Positions 36,836-46,969 of a DNA stretch of 64,000 bases are shown in pieces. The DNA is taken from NCBI GenBank assembly GCA_965662895.1, contig CBFIJH010000005.1, positions 57,928 through 121,927 on the forward strand, in the 5' to 3' direction. Under the pieces are notes generated by a model. That model ran no database searches. It had not been told where the DNA came from and saw only the letters and a program-made list of their open reading frames with translations. Origin of the DNA: Candidatus Poseidoniaceae archaeon. Its GTDB lineage: Archaea > Thermoplasmatota > Poseidoniia > Poseidoniales > Poseidoniaceae. The position numbers and the translations under genes were made by a program. The number at the start of each line of letters is the position of its first letter. Position 1 is the stretch's first letter.

Positions 36836-37069
36836 TCAGTATTCCACCGCAATTAGCGTTCGCGTGTCCCGAATTCCTTCAATGGTTCTGAACTCTTTCA
36901 TGAGCAGTGCGGTGAGATTTTTTGCTGTGTTGCTGCTCACATGAGCGAGAAGATCGTACTCTCCATACAAGGCGTGGACTTCTTTGACATCAGCATGGGA
37001 GGTTATAGCGAGATAGACATCACGCTCATGGGACGGTTCGGTCTTGACAAGGATGAATGCTTCTGGCAC
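36836..37069 (-). CDS. Stand-alone Lrp/AsnC C-terminal (RAM) domain protein, tandem paralog
   Basis: 77 aa. ILVKTEPSHERDVYLAI...GEYDLLAHVSSNT...IEGIRDTRTLIAVEY. Confidence 0.7.
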   Translation of the reverse strand: MPEAFILVKTEPSHERDVYLAITSHADVKEVHALYGEYDLLAHVSSNTAKNLTALLMKEFRTIEGIRDTRTLIAVEY

Positions 37070-37167
37070 AATGTCCGCTTGAGCAGAAGGGTCTTATCGC
37101 TTTGGTTTCGTTTTTCGGTGAACATGCAAAGGGTGCTTTCAAATGGTATCGCTTTGGATTATACAAT

Positions 37168-40100
37168 ATGGAGAGGCAAAAGCGGTTCTTTGCCCTTGGT
37201 TTGTTGCTGCTTCTCCTGATGATGTCCATGGCGCCCATGGTTCAATCCTTTCACGATTCGCAGGGGAAGCCAACTGCGGTTTCAGGACGCGCTACGACCA
37301 CATGGTCCGGTACGGTGACATTGACGAGCGATTATTTTGTGAACGTTCAAGATGAACTGCTGATTACGTCGTGCACAAGTGTTGTTCTGTCTCCAGGGAT
37401 CCGAATTTACATCGATGGACGTTTGACCGTTCAGGGAACTCCTACGTGTCCGATTGTTCTGTCAAGTTCTTCGTCCACAGGCGATCATGAAGGAATACAA
37501 TTCAATTCCTCGTCGTTTGGTCGTGGTAGTACAGTGAACCACCTTCACATTGAGGATGCGATTTATGGGATTACCATGTATGGCTCAAATCCGATTTTGA
37601 ACAATGTGACCATCTTCAATCCGGACCGTGTTGGCATCGATATGTTTGGAAGCTCAAGCCCAGTCATTCGAGACTTGCATGTGGAACAGGCTGGTCGCTC
37701 CGTTGGGTTCCAGAATGATTGGCGTTACGGCATTGGATTGTCCGTTGGCGACGGATCAACACCGATTGTTCAAGGAGCATATTTCACCGACCACCAATTG
37801 CGAGGTCTCAACTTGTGGGGCGCATCTGGAGGTATTTATCGGGACATTGTCATGGACAACATATCGGGCTCCGTTCTTGGAGAGGTGGCGGGAGTATGGG
37901 TCGAAGACAGCGTTCCACTGTTCGAAAATTTAACCATCGATAAAAGCGACACGGGCATCATCGTTCGACACATTGACGATTCGGGGTATACGCGTGGTGT
38001 TTTTAGGGACGTCGACATATCGAACAGTATGTTTCGTGGCGTTTATTTGGACAAAAACAACCACACGAATTACACCAATTACGAAACAGCAGATTTCACC
38101 AATCTTACGGTCAGAGGAACTGGTTCATCTGGGGCAACGTCCCCCGGAATTGCGCTTGCAGCTATCGACATTAACGCAACAGGCGCATGGCTTGAGAATG
38201 TCCTTGTAGATGACGCATCGTCTGTCGGCATCCGAATGTTCTTTGTTGATTCAACGACCACACTCCGAAATGTGACCATACGTGACGCTGGTGAAGTTGG
38301 ACAAGGTGCACATTCAGCGGGATTAAGCATCCAAACCTCTTACTTTGCTGCACATGTTGAAGATCTTGAAATCAGTGGCTCCCCCGGGCCAGGTGTTCAT
38401 TCGTCCAGTGGTGGCTCTCTTCAGGGGTCCGACTGGAATCTTCACAACAACTCAGAACATGGCTTGTTCATCGATTCTGCAACTGTTGTTGTTGACGGAA
38501 TCTCGACGATGAAAAATGGATATTCGGGCGTTCATGTGTTTGACTCGCGTTATGTGAGCATTTCAAATCTAACCTCTGTCAACGATGGTGATCTTGGTTC
38601 GGACGCTATGGAACAAGCGGGTCTTTCGTACCAAAAATCCAACGATTTAGAAACAAACTCAGGAGATGTTGTTTGTAGGAATTGTCACGTTGAATCCTCG
38701 CAAGGCCATGGTGTCTACGTTCGTGATTCCGTTGACCTTTGGCTGCACAACCTTTCGATATCGGACATCGACCCAACACTTCCAGCAATGTACGTCGATA
38801 ACGGAGGCTTGACGCTTGGCACACAAGGTGGACGCATCAATCTCTTCAATTCACAGATCGAGCATGAATCAACAACGCAACATGCCTTGTACATTCAACA
38901 AGCAGCGGGTCATATCGATGGACTATCATTGATTGGAAATCACAGTGGAATCTATTGGGATGCAAACCATAACGGGAATTTCCCATCGACATTAAGCAAT
39001 ACTGAATTTGTAGGCAGTGAATGTCTCAAACTTGTGAATCATCCCGACCTTGGAGGTTATGGAAATACGATCGGTTCGGATTGTGAAGGACGGATATGGG
39101 TCGAAAATTCCGATGTGAATTTCTCCAATTTGGTTGATGTAAGTGGTACACACATTTTGGACCTTGATGCAGCATCAACCATGCATTTGCATCAACCCAG
39201 TAACATTGATCTCACGATTGCAAACATTCCATCAGGCGCATCCATCGACGTTGCTTGGGATGTTACCGTGTGGGTTGTAAACAATCTCTCCAACGGCATT
39301 CCAAATGCCTATGCCAACGTGAGTTTCACACAATTTGAACCATCTGTGTCGGAGTTTACCAACGATATTGGTGTTGTACAATTGATCGATTTCATTGGAC
39401 AACGTTGGACGAATTCTGGTGCATCGGCCATGAATGATGTTGCTGTTGAATGCGGTTATGATAGCGAGAGCAACACTACGACGGTAAGTTTGGATGGTGA
39501 CAAAGTGATGTATTGTGTTCTCGAATTGGACAACCAACCCCCATTTTTGAACTGGACTTCACCGATGGACGGGGATGTGTTCCCTTCACAGGGACAGGTT
39601 TTGTTTGATGCTCAAGAGTCCTGGGATTTGGACGACGATCCTCTCACACTCACGTGGACTTCCTCCCTTGATGGCGTCATCTCATCAACACAAAGCACGG
39701 CCCCGTTTACGGTCAACGATGGCGTATCTGGGATTACGCTTAGTGATGGTATTCATGATATAACGCTGGACGTTTGTGACAATGCTGGACATTGTGTATC
39801 AGAAACACGTACAATCGAATTAACGAATCTCGCTCCGGAACTCAACGTGTCCTTTGAACCGGGCCTGACCCAGTGGAATGAACTCATTATGCCTCAAACG
39901 GGAACGGTCACCATCAATACGACAGGGACATTTGACCCTGAAGGTGATGATTTTGCTTGTACAATTTCCTTTGGAGGGTACAACCGACAAGGTACTGGAT
40001 GGGGCAATCAATATGTCTGTCCAGAGTTGTTGACGTACACCTTTGATCATTATTCGGACGACCCACCAGCATCGTTCTTCTTGAACGTCGTTGCATTTGA

Positions 40101-41877
40101 TGAAGTAGGGAATTCAGATACCTACACCGTTGAAGTCAAGTTGTACAATGAGATGCCAACCGCTGCTTTCACGCTCGAACGTAATGGAACAGCGAGTGAG
40201 GATGTGATTTTCTTCAATGGAAGCAGTTCAGCAGACCCAGAAAACAATCCAATTTCGTTTGAATGGTGGTCCAATGTGGATGGAACGCTCATGGTTGGTC
40301 AAGGTATTGAGAACATTTCTTGGTACGGACATCTCTCTCGTGGTGTTCATCAAATTGAGTTGCGAATCACCGACGATCGTATGGATCATGGAGGTCAAAT
40401 GTCGGTTGTCTCTCAATTGATTACCGTCGACAATTCTGCACCACGAGCTGTCATTGAAGAATTGGCTCTGTTCGATGACCTTGACTCGTCCGTTTTGATT
40501 CCGTTCAGTGCAAATGGTAGTGGCGATTTCGATTCAGGATGTTTTACATTCCCAAGTGAGGGGACCTGGCACTGTGCAGAGAACGAGCCTGCAGCTGGCT
40601 CCGAATTCCTGCAAATCGATTGGTCGAGCGACATCGATGGACGATTGACACCAGAAGATGAGGATTGGTTGACCTTTGAAACGCGTCTCTCCGCAGGCAC
40701 GCACCAGATTACACTCACGCTCAGCGATGGCATCAATCCCAACGTTTCCGTTTCGACAACACTTGAGGTTGCTGAATCAGCCCCTGTCTTGGTGTTGGAT
40801 TCTCCGGTAAATGGTAGCCAATTCGCCTCGAGTGATTTGATTGTTATCGATGCACGAAACAGCGTTGATTACGATGAGGATGACTTTACACTCACCTTGC
40901 GAAGTTACGAGGATTCATCTTCGACGTATCTCCCCATTCTGTCCGGTGTTTCAACATCGGTTGTTCATGAAATTCAACTCGATGCTGGATTAAGAGATTT
41001 GCAAATCGAATTACTGGATGCGACTGGAAAATCTCGCGTTGAATCGCTCGAACTACTCATTCTCCCCAGCGACCCAGAGGCCGTGATTGTATCGCCTGCT
41101 AATCTTGAATCGTTCGATCCAGGAGTAACCATCGTCTTCGAAGGTTCCTCCAGTGATGCTGATCAAGATCTCATTGTTCGAGAATGGCGATTGCACCAAC
41201 CAGGAGTCCAAACAAGCATTCTGAGTACCCAGTCAACATTCTCCCAGGTCTTTGTTCCCGGTTCGCATCATGTTTCGTTGTACGTTCAAGATGCCCGTGG
41301 AGCTTCCTCGGAGCAGCACATCAACTTCACAGTGCGATCAAGCCTTCCTGAATTGGTTCAGACCAGTTTGGAACTGTCACAGACCGAGTTCATCTCAGAC
41401 GAGCAAGTTACACTCGATGTAGCGGTCCAGCTGATTGATGCGGATGGAACAACCAACGATGTGCGCGCCGATATCGTCCACAACATTCAGACGTGGACAT
41501 TCAATCTCAGCGATGATGATGGCGATGGAATTTGGACTGGCTCGATTGAATTCCAGCCTTCGGGTGCAGGACAACCAAGTTTCAAGGTCATTGCAACCGA
41601 TGGAGAAGGCGATTCTGCCAGTGTTGATGTTCTTTACACGCCGCTGAAAGTTGTTGACGCCGAGGGTGAAGGATTTATGTCAACGGGTGTCCTTCTCGGT
41701 GCAGTTTCGATTGTTGTTCTCGTGGCCCTGCTTATCACGCTCCAGCGTCGAAGGCAAGCAGCAGAGGAAATGAAAATCATTGATTCATGGGGCGTCTTTG
41801 GTGATGGAGCAGTCGAGGATGATGCATCTGAACAAGAAGTGAATGAGGACGAAAAGTTGGATTGGGAGAACGTCTGA
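37168..41877 (+). CDS. Giant type-I surface protein: parallel beta-helix (PbH1) domain plus ~6 PKD/Ig-like domains and a C-terminal TM anchor
   Basis: Start at MERQKRFFALGLLLLLLMMSMAPMVQS (signal peptide). PbH1-like repeats NPILNNVTIFNPDRVGIDMFGSS, GIGLSVGDGSTPIVQGAYF. PKD-like modules marked by LTWTSSLDGV, FEWWSNVDGT, IDWSSDIDGR. TM helix GVLLGAVSIVVLVALLI followed by an acidic tail. Confidence 0.75.
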   Translation: MERQKRFFALGLLLLLLMMSMAPMVQSFHDSQGKPTAVSGRATTTWSGTVTLTSDYFVNVQDELLITSCTSVVLSPGIRIYIDGRLTVQGTPTCPIVLSSSSSTGDHEGIQFNSSSFGRGSTVNHLHIEDAIYGITMYGSNPILNNVTIFNPDRVGIDMFGSSSPVIRDLHVEQAGRSVGFQNDWRYGIGLSVGDGSTPIVQGAYFTDHQLRGLNLWGASGGIYRDIVMDNISGSVLGEVAGVWVEDSVPLFENLTIDKSDTGIIVRHIDDSGYTRGVFRDVDISNSMFRGVYLDKNNHTNYTNYETADFTNLTVRGTGSSGATSPGIALAAIDINATGAWLENVLVDDASSVGIRMFFVDSTTTLRNVTIRDAGEVGQGAHSAGLSIQTSYFAAHVEDLEISGSPGPGVHSSSGGSLQGSDWNLHNNSEHGLFIDSATVVVDGISTMKNGYSGVHVFDSRYVSISNLTSVNDGDLGSDAMEQAGLSYQKSNDLETNSGDVVCRNCHVESSQGHGVYVRDSVDLWLHNLSISDIDPTLPAMYVDNGGLTLGTQGGRINLFNSQIEHESTTQHALYIQQAAGHIDGLSLIGNHSGIYWDANHNGNFPSTLSNTEFVGSECLKLVNHPDLGGYGNTIGSDCEGRIWVENSDVNFSNLVDVSGTHILDLDAASTMHLHQPSNIDLTIANIPSGASIDVAWDVTVWVVNNLSNGIPNAYANVSFTQFEPSVSEFTNDIGVVQLIDFIGQRWTNSGASAMNDVAVECGYDSESNTTTVSLDGDKVMYCVLELDNQPPFLNWTSPMDGDVFPSQGQVLFDAQESWDLDDDPLTLTWTSSLDGVISSTQSTAPFTVNDGVSGITLSDGIHDITLDVCDNAGHCVSETRTIELTNLAPELNVSFEPGLTQWNELIMPQTGTVTINTTGTFDPEGDDFACTISFGGYNRQGTGWGNQYVCPELLTYTFDHYSDDPPASFFLNVVAFDEVGNSDTYTVEVKLYNEMPTAAFTLERNGTASEDVIFFNGSSSADPENNPISFEWWSNVDGTLMVGQGIENISWYGHLSRGVHQIELRITDDRMDHGGQMSVVSQLITVDNSAPRAVIEELALFDDLDSSVLIPFSANGSGDFDSGCFTFPSEGTWHCAENEPAAGSEFLQIDWSSDIDGRLTPEDEDWLTFETRLSAGTHQITLTLSDGINPNVSVSTTLEVAESAPVLVLDSPVNGSQFASSDLIVIDARNSVDYDEDDFTLTLRSYEDSSSTYLPILSGVSTSVVHEIQLDAGLRDLQIELLDATGKSRVESLELLILPSDPEAVIVSPANLESFDPGVTIVFEGSSSDADQDLIVREWRLHQPGVQTSILSTQSTFSQVFVPGSHHVSLYVQDARGASSEQHINFTVRSSLPELVQTSLELSQTEFISDEQVTLDVAVQLIDADGTTNDVRADIVHNIQTWTFNLSDDDGDGIWTGSIEFQPSGAGQPSFKVIATDGEGDSASVDVLYTPLKVVDAEGEGFMSTGVLLGAVSIVVLVALLITLQRRRQAAEEMKIIDSWGVFGDGAVEDDASEQEVNEDEKLDWENV

Positions 41878-41900
41878 GGCCACTTTATTTTGTAGGCCAT

Positions 41901-41916
41901 AGTATAATATATAACA
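41901..41916 (+). promoter_or_regulatory. TATA-like element (tagtataatatataac) about -25 from the ATG at 41934
   Basis: AT-rich box in the 56-bp gap between two large genes, with the right spacing for a leaderless archaeal promoter. Confidence 0.35.
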
Positions 41917-41933
41917 GAACTCCAGTGCGACGC

Positions 41934-44195
41934 ATGAGAAAAGCACTCACGCTCATCCTCGTTGGACTAATGATAGGAACAACCTTGCCAGCAAGCGTTG
42001 CAGCCGAAGAGACAGAACCGATTGCATTTGGTATTGAATACAACTATTCGAATCTTAACACAGATATTGCTTCGATGATTGGTGTCGATCTTCAGGAAGT
42101 CTTCCAGGAAGTGATGGCTGCTGGTGATGATGTGGGAATCGATTTGCTCATTGGTAGTGTAACATCCGGTTCGACAACCATCGTTTTTGAACAGTATGAC
42201 GGCCCGATGAAGACGCTTACAGTCGATGGAACGCAGACAGACTTTTCCACAAAAGTAACCGAACTTACCGTGCGTCACGGACTCCTTGATGACTTTGCAG
42301 TTCACTCGGAGTGGAGCGATTCCTACGGAGGAATCGACCTGACAATTGGTTATGATTCCGAGCAACTCTTCAATGCAGATGTCGTCTACACAGAGTACTT
42401 TGATTCTGAAATGGGTCTTCATGGAATGGATATGGAGATGGACGTTGAAGCGGAAATTGAATACGCCTTTGGAATAAACGGAGAACTCTCTGGCGATGGC
42501 GAAACCATGCCGTTCGACATCGAACTCAAACTTGGTACATCTTTTGAAATCAACAACGGTTTGCTCGAAGTCCGCATGGATGAAGCATCTCCTTTGTACA
42601 CAGAGATGGTAAACCTGCAACCGGGTCAAACATTGACGTGGAATTGTGGAACAGACGAAAGATATGTTGAATCCGAATTCGACGATGTTGATGTTGGGGA
42701 TTTATGCTCTGAGCGCAACATCCACTACGAGACAGAGACATCAGTTCTCCTCGAATTGACCGGAATTCCAACGGAAGAATTTGGTCTTCCGGAAGGAGAT
42801 TTTGATTTTACTGTTTCAGACACTGTTACCGACATGTATGATGGTGATGTTGAACTTTTCTTCATGGGTGGAGGAATGGAATTGCTTGATGAACCTACAC
42901 AAATGATTACCATTGACGATGGAAGCATGATCGAAGTTCACCAAGCCTATGCTTCACCTACTCCACTTGCGTTCCCTGCAATGTGGGCAATGATGTGGGC
43001 AAACTCTGTTGTTGGTAGCGGAGATTATCCTGGTATTGTCGATGCGTTGTTGGGCAATGAGGACATTGACGACGCATTTGGCGGATGGTTTGATGAGATG
43101 CTTGAATCTGCAGAAGAAGATGATGATGACTACTTCGTCTGTGCGAACCTCAATGAAATTCCTCGTCAATATGTCGAAGATGGATTCGATGATTGCGGCG
43201 ACAACTCAGATGAAGAATTCGTGTGCGATGATGGAGGTGTTATCCCCGGAGGCTGGGTCAATGATGGATGGGAGGATTGTTCAAATGGTGAGGATGAAAC
43301 CAATGTTCAACAAGAATTTGTATATGTTAATGTTTTCATGAACGGAGCAAGCGAATCAGAAATGAACTTCGATTACGAAGTGCAGGGCATGGAATATGAT
43401 GAGAATTACGAGATTTCTTGGACAGTCACGGATGATGAAGGAACCACATCCGATGCAGGTTCCGCTGCTATTACAGACGGTTCCTACAGTGCATACGAAA
43501 GTGCTAATGCAGAAATCAATGGGTTTGGTGAATACTGCGTTGATATTGTCGTTACTCAAATGAGCGATGATGAAATTGTTGGAACACAGCAGGAATGTGA
43601 ATCGGTCTCGCAGGATATCGAGCCGAGCGATCGTTTGATGACCATTGCTGAGGCACTCGCAGAATCGACCCTAGACAACACACTCGAGTCATTCGGTCAG
43701 AATCTTGAGAACCGTTTGTCGAACTTTGAGGACGATTTCGATGTCGCTTACGAAGATGGTATGGCTTATGCGCTGTATGATGCTAACGACGATCGCTTTG
43801 TTGGTTTCCAGCTGGTCGCATCACCTGGTGGGACACAGTGGTACACGCTCATTGGACCTGAGAGTTCTGCGTACGGTACGCCACAACGCGGCCTGAGCAT
43901 CACATACTTCACTGGAGTCGATGCAACACAAGAAGCGGCCGAGATTGAGGACCAAACGGATTTGTCAGACCTTGTTGATGTGACACAGCACAACACCGAT
44001 GAGGTTGAGGCAGTCAACACGGGTGTCGACCCTGCTACACTCCCTGACAACACAAACGATGACGTTGATAATACGAGTGAAGCAACAGAAGATGATGTAT
44101 CGGATCTCCTTCCGTTCCTCTCGCCGATTACAACTCTTGCAATGATTGCGCTTGCAGGAATGTTTGTATCAATCCGTTACAAGGATGAAGAATGA
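41934..44195 (+). CDS. Large acidic type-I surface protein with two LDL-receptor-class-A-like Ca-cage modules
   Basis: Signal peptide MRKALTLILVGLMIGTTLPASVAA. FVCANLNEIPRQYVEDGFDDCGDNSDEE and FVCDDGGVIPGGWVNDGWEDCSNGEDE match the D-G-x-x-D-C-x-D-x-S-D-E end of LDLa. C-terminal helix TTLAMIALAGMFVSI. Confidence 0.65.
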   Translation: MRKALTLILVGLMIGTTLPASVAAEETEPIAFGIEYNYSNLNTDIASMIGVDLQEVFQEVMAAGDDVGIDLLIGSVTSGSTTIVFEQYDGPMKTLTVDGTQTDFSTKVTELTVRHGLLDDFAVHSEWSDSYGGIDLTIGYDSEQLFNADVVYTEYFDSEMGLHGMDMEMDVEAEIEYAFGINGELSGDGETMPFDIELKLGTSFEINNGLLEVRMDEASPLYTEMVNLQPGQTLTWNCGTDERYVESEFDDVDVGDLCSERNIHYETETSVLLELTGIPTEEFGLPEGDFDFTVSDTVTDMYDGDVELFFMGGGMELLDEPTQMITIDDGSMIEVHQAYASPTPLAFPAMWAMMWANSVVGSGDYPGIVDALLGNEDIDDAFGGWFDEMLESAEEDDDDYFVCANLNEIPRQYVEDGFDDCGDNSDEEFVCDDGGVIPGGWVNDGWEDCSNGEDETNVQQEFVYVNVFMNGASESEMNFDYEVQGMEYDENYEISWTVTDDEGTTSDAGSAAITDGSYSAYESANAEINGFGEYCVDIVVTQMSDDEIVGTQQECESVSQDIEPSDRLMTIAEALAESTLDNTLESFGQNLENRLSNFEDDFDVAYEDGMAYALYDANDDRFVGFQLVASPGGTQWYTLIGPESSAYGTPQRGLSITYFTGVDATQEAAEIEDQTDLSDLVDVTQHNTDEVEAVNTGVDPATLPDNTNDDVDNTSEATEDDVSDLLPFLSPITTLAMIALAGMFVSIRYKDEE

Positions 44196-45130
44196 GCGAA
44201 GGCGAAGGGTTTCAACCCGTTGCTAGATGGCGAATTGTCGCCAGTCTTCTTCTGATCGCTCAACTTGTGGTTTTACTCGCTTTCAAATCGGCCCTCGAGG
44301 AAGAATCCTGGTTTGTTGGAAGCGTCCAAGCAACGGTCGAAGAAGGGCCACTGCAACTTGAGGGCGTATCCGTCAACTTGTCCATCGATATGCAGAATGA
44401 GCAAGACGACCTTAGCATCGAGTTTTTTGGTCCACTTCGATTGAGTCATTGGCAAAATGAACGCGATGACCGTGCAGCACTATCCGAACAAGAAGCTGAA
44501 GCGTATGATGAAAATCTGAACGAAACGTTTGACGCTCCATCACCAGATTCAATCAAATCAACAACGTTCGCACTCATCCATGTTGGAATCGGATTTTCGG
44601 TTTTTTTGATGATGGTTCTTTGCTTCGATTTAAGGAAACAAGCAAGTCAGTCATGGATTACATATTCTCGTCGCTTCGTTTCGTTTGTATCCTTTGTGAA
44701 TACATTGGCGATTCTGCTGCTCATTCTTCTGGTTCTACCTGGCGGTTGGTTAGCATCGGTTGCAGGGAATCCTCAACAATTTAGCAACAGTGATGAAAAT
44801 GATGCATTTCTTGCCCATGCTGATTTCTCGCAAGAATTCAGCATTGGGCTGGATGGTTTTTCCTTGGAATTTGAAGCGAGTGGATACGATATCGGTATGG
44901 TTCGTCCTGCAAATCGAAGTGCAGTTGAAGCCCAACCCCCACTTCCTGATACGCCTGATGCAGAATCCTTCATCTTGATTTCAGGTGAAATGCGTGCTGA
45001 TACGCCTTCTTATGTTACTGAAATGATGTATTACTGTTTCATTTTATGGGTAGTTTTACCGCTTGCTCTCCTCATTCAACAACGAACAGCAATCGATGCA
45101 CGACTTGCACCGATCAATTTGAATGGTTGA
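44192..45130 (+). CDS. Hypothetical membrane protein co-transcribed with the preceding surface protein
   Basis: ATGA overlap at 44192-44195. N-terminal helix, an acidic ectodomain-like stretch, and 3 further helices. Confidence 0.55.
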   Translation: MSEGEGFQPVARWRIVASLLLIAQLVVLLAFKSALEEESWFVGSVQATVEEGPLQLEGVSVNLSIDMQNEQDDLSIEFFGPLRLSHWQNERDDRAALSEQEAEAYDENLNETFDAPSPDSIKSTTFALIHVGIGFSVFLMMVLCFDLRKQASQSWITYSRRFVSFVSFVNTLAILLLILLVLPGGWLASVAGNPQQFSNSDENDAFLAHADFSQEFSIGLDGFSLEFEASGYDIGMVRPANRSAVEAQPPLPDTPDAESFILISGEMRADTPSYVTEMMYYCFILWVVLPLALLIQQRTAIDARLAPINLNG

Positions 45131-45901
45131 TCACTGTTCTGGTAACGTACCGTTCAAACTGTCAGGATTGTCCTCAAGTGGACCCCATTCTGTCTTGGTT
45201 CGATGGAGGCCAAATCGCTTTGCATAGAGGAATCTAAGGTTCTTCCAGCCATCACCCCACGTGTGGATTTCAGCATCTCCAACGCGTTCTCGGTATGGGA
45301 CGGAAATTTCGATGGCTTTCTTACGACCAAGATGCTTGCGTGCAAGGATCTTGATCTCTTCTGAAAGTGGCATTCCATCGTTGGTTGGGCGCATCTTTGG
45401 ATTCTCAAAAATCGACTTGCGGAACACCCACATCCCCGATTGCGAATCCTTAATTCCATAACCGAAGAGGAGTCGAGCATTGAATGAGAGAGCCCAATTT
45501 CCAAATCCGTGGAGACCAGACATGGATCCGTCTTCTGCCATGCTCAGGCGATCACACGTGATGAAATCGAGGTCATCATCCAAAAGTCGCTTGACCAATT
45601 CAGGAATCAATTCTGCAGGATAGGTACAGTCTGCATCCATTGTGACAATGATGTCGTTCGATGCAACAACGAAACCCGTACGGTATGCCCGGCCGTAACC
45701 CTTCCGTGGTTCAAGGTGAACGCGAACATCTTTTTCAAGGGCGATTTCTCGAGTACGATCGGTCGATGAACCATCGACAATCATGATTTCGAGGGATTCG
45801 CACCATCCGCGCGGAATTGCATCAACGGTCGCACCAAGTGCTTCCTCTTCATTTCGAGTGGGAAGAAGAACCGTCACAGATACTGGTAGTACCTCGTCCA
45901 T
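45131..45901 (-). CDS. GT2-family glycosyltransferase (dolichyl-phosphate hexose synthase-like) with a C-terminal membrane helix
   Basis: VLLPTRNEEEAL, MIVDGSSTDRT, MDADCTYPAE (DxD). Start at MDEVLPVSV. Confidence 0.75.
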   Translation of the reverse strand: MDEVLPVSVTVLLPTRNEEEALGATVDAIPRGWCESLEIMIVDGSSTDRTREIALEKDVRVHLEPRKGYGRAYRTGFVVASNDIIVTMDADCTYPAELIPELVKRLLDDDLDFITCDRLSMAEDGSMSGLHGFGNWALSFNARLLFGYGIKDSQSGMWVFRKSIFENPKMRPTNDGMPLSEEIKILARKHLGRKKAIEISVPYRERVGDAEIHTWGDGWKNLRFLYAKRFGLHRTKTEWGPLEDNPDSLNGTLPEQ

Positions 45902-45954
45902 GTTGTGACGATAGGCAATGAGCGTTTCAATGCATTGCCTCAACGGTCAAACGA

Positions 45955-46947
45955 TTACGACCATCGAGCACGTAGGCGACGGAGTGAAAGTTTCACAGCA
46001 AGACGAATCTTTCTCCATTTTGACAAGGAAGGACGCTTGCTAAACACGTCGCCTGAGCGGCGCACGATCTCGTGGAAAATAGCATCATAGGCTTCACACA
46101 TCAGTTGTGGTTGCAATTGGGATTTTGAATCAAGATATTCAAACAAATGCTGTGCTGATTCTTGGTGTCGTCGAACGATTTCGATGTATTCTTGAACAAA
46201 AGACTTCCACCGATGGTTGGTTCCAAATTCAGTATTCCCGAGCTCTGAAATATCGATATTGTATTCGCCTAATGCATTGATTGGAAGGTAAATTCGACCG
46301 CTTCGATAATCTTCAGAAACGTCACGAAGGATGTTGATGAGTTGCAATTGGATGCCCATATCGATGGCGTGAATTCTCCCTCCGGCATCCTCACATCCAT
46401 AAATTTCGATGAGAACCAAACCTACTGCAGAAGCCACCTTGTAACAGTATGCACGGACCTCGTCCCAAGTTTTGTGACGAACTTCGAACAGATCGTCTTC
46501 CATTCCTTCGATAATGGTTTCAAAATCAGAAAGTCGAACAGGGAAATGCTTGAACACTTCGTTGATGGCGATGAAAATGGCTTCATCTTGCGTTGCTGAT
46601 TCATCACCTGCGAACAATCGTGTGAGTCGCTCCTTGGCATCAACAAGGGCCATCAATCGGTATCGGTGCTCCTCAGGAGGGTTGTTCATTGCCGTTTGGT
46701 GGATGCTCTGGAGAAGTCCGTCTCGCTCATCCACGAGTTTGTTGAGGGCTTCGGATTCTCGAACAACTGGTCGAGAGTCTCCATCAGCAATATCATCGAG
46801 GTAACGGCACAGTGCGTAGACCGCATGAACTGCACGACGTTTCTTGAAGGGCAGTGCTGAGAAACTAGCAAAAAATGTGGATGACGCACGACGACAAATT
46901 TCTTCACATTCAAGAAAAGCCTCTTCAATGGAAGTTGTTTTGTTCAT
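45955..46947 (-). CDS. crtB: Phytoene/squalene synthase family (phytoene synthase)
   Basis: Asp-rich motifs YALCRYLDDIADG and ILRDVSEDYRSGRIYLP. YCYKVASAVG. Confidence 0.8.
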   Translation of the reverse strand: MNKTTSIEEAFLECEEICRRASSTFFASFSALPFKKRRAVHAVYALCRYLDDIADGDSRPVVRESEALNKLVDERDGLLQSIHQTAMNNPPEEHRYRLMALVDAKERLTRLFAGDESATQDEAIFIAINEVFKHFPVRLSDFETIIEGMEDDLFEVRHKTWDEVRAYCYKVASAVGLVLIEIYGCEDAGGRIHAIDMGIQLQLINILRDVSEDYRSGRIYLPINALGEYNIDISELGNTEFGTNHRWKSFVQEYIEIVRRHQESAQHLFEYLDSKSQLQPQLMCEAYDAIFHEIVRRSGDVFSKRPSLSKWRKIRLAVKLSLRRLRARWS

Positions 46948-46969
46948 TTTTTCACCTCAATTCTATTGT

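Noticed and set aside
41967-42629. 220-aa minus-strand ORF
   Set aside because: Antisense within the 754-aa surface-protein gene. Cys/His-rich odd composition and no start context.
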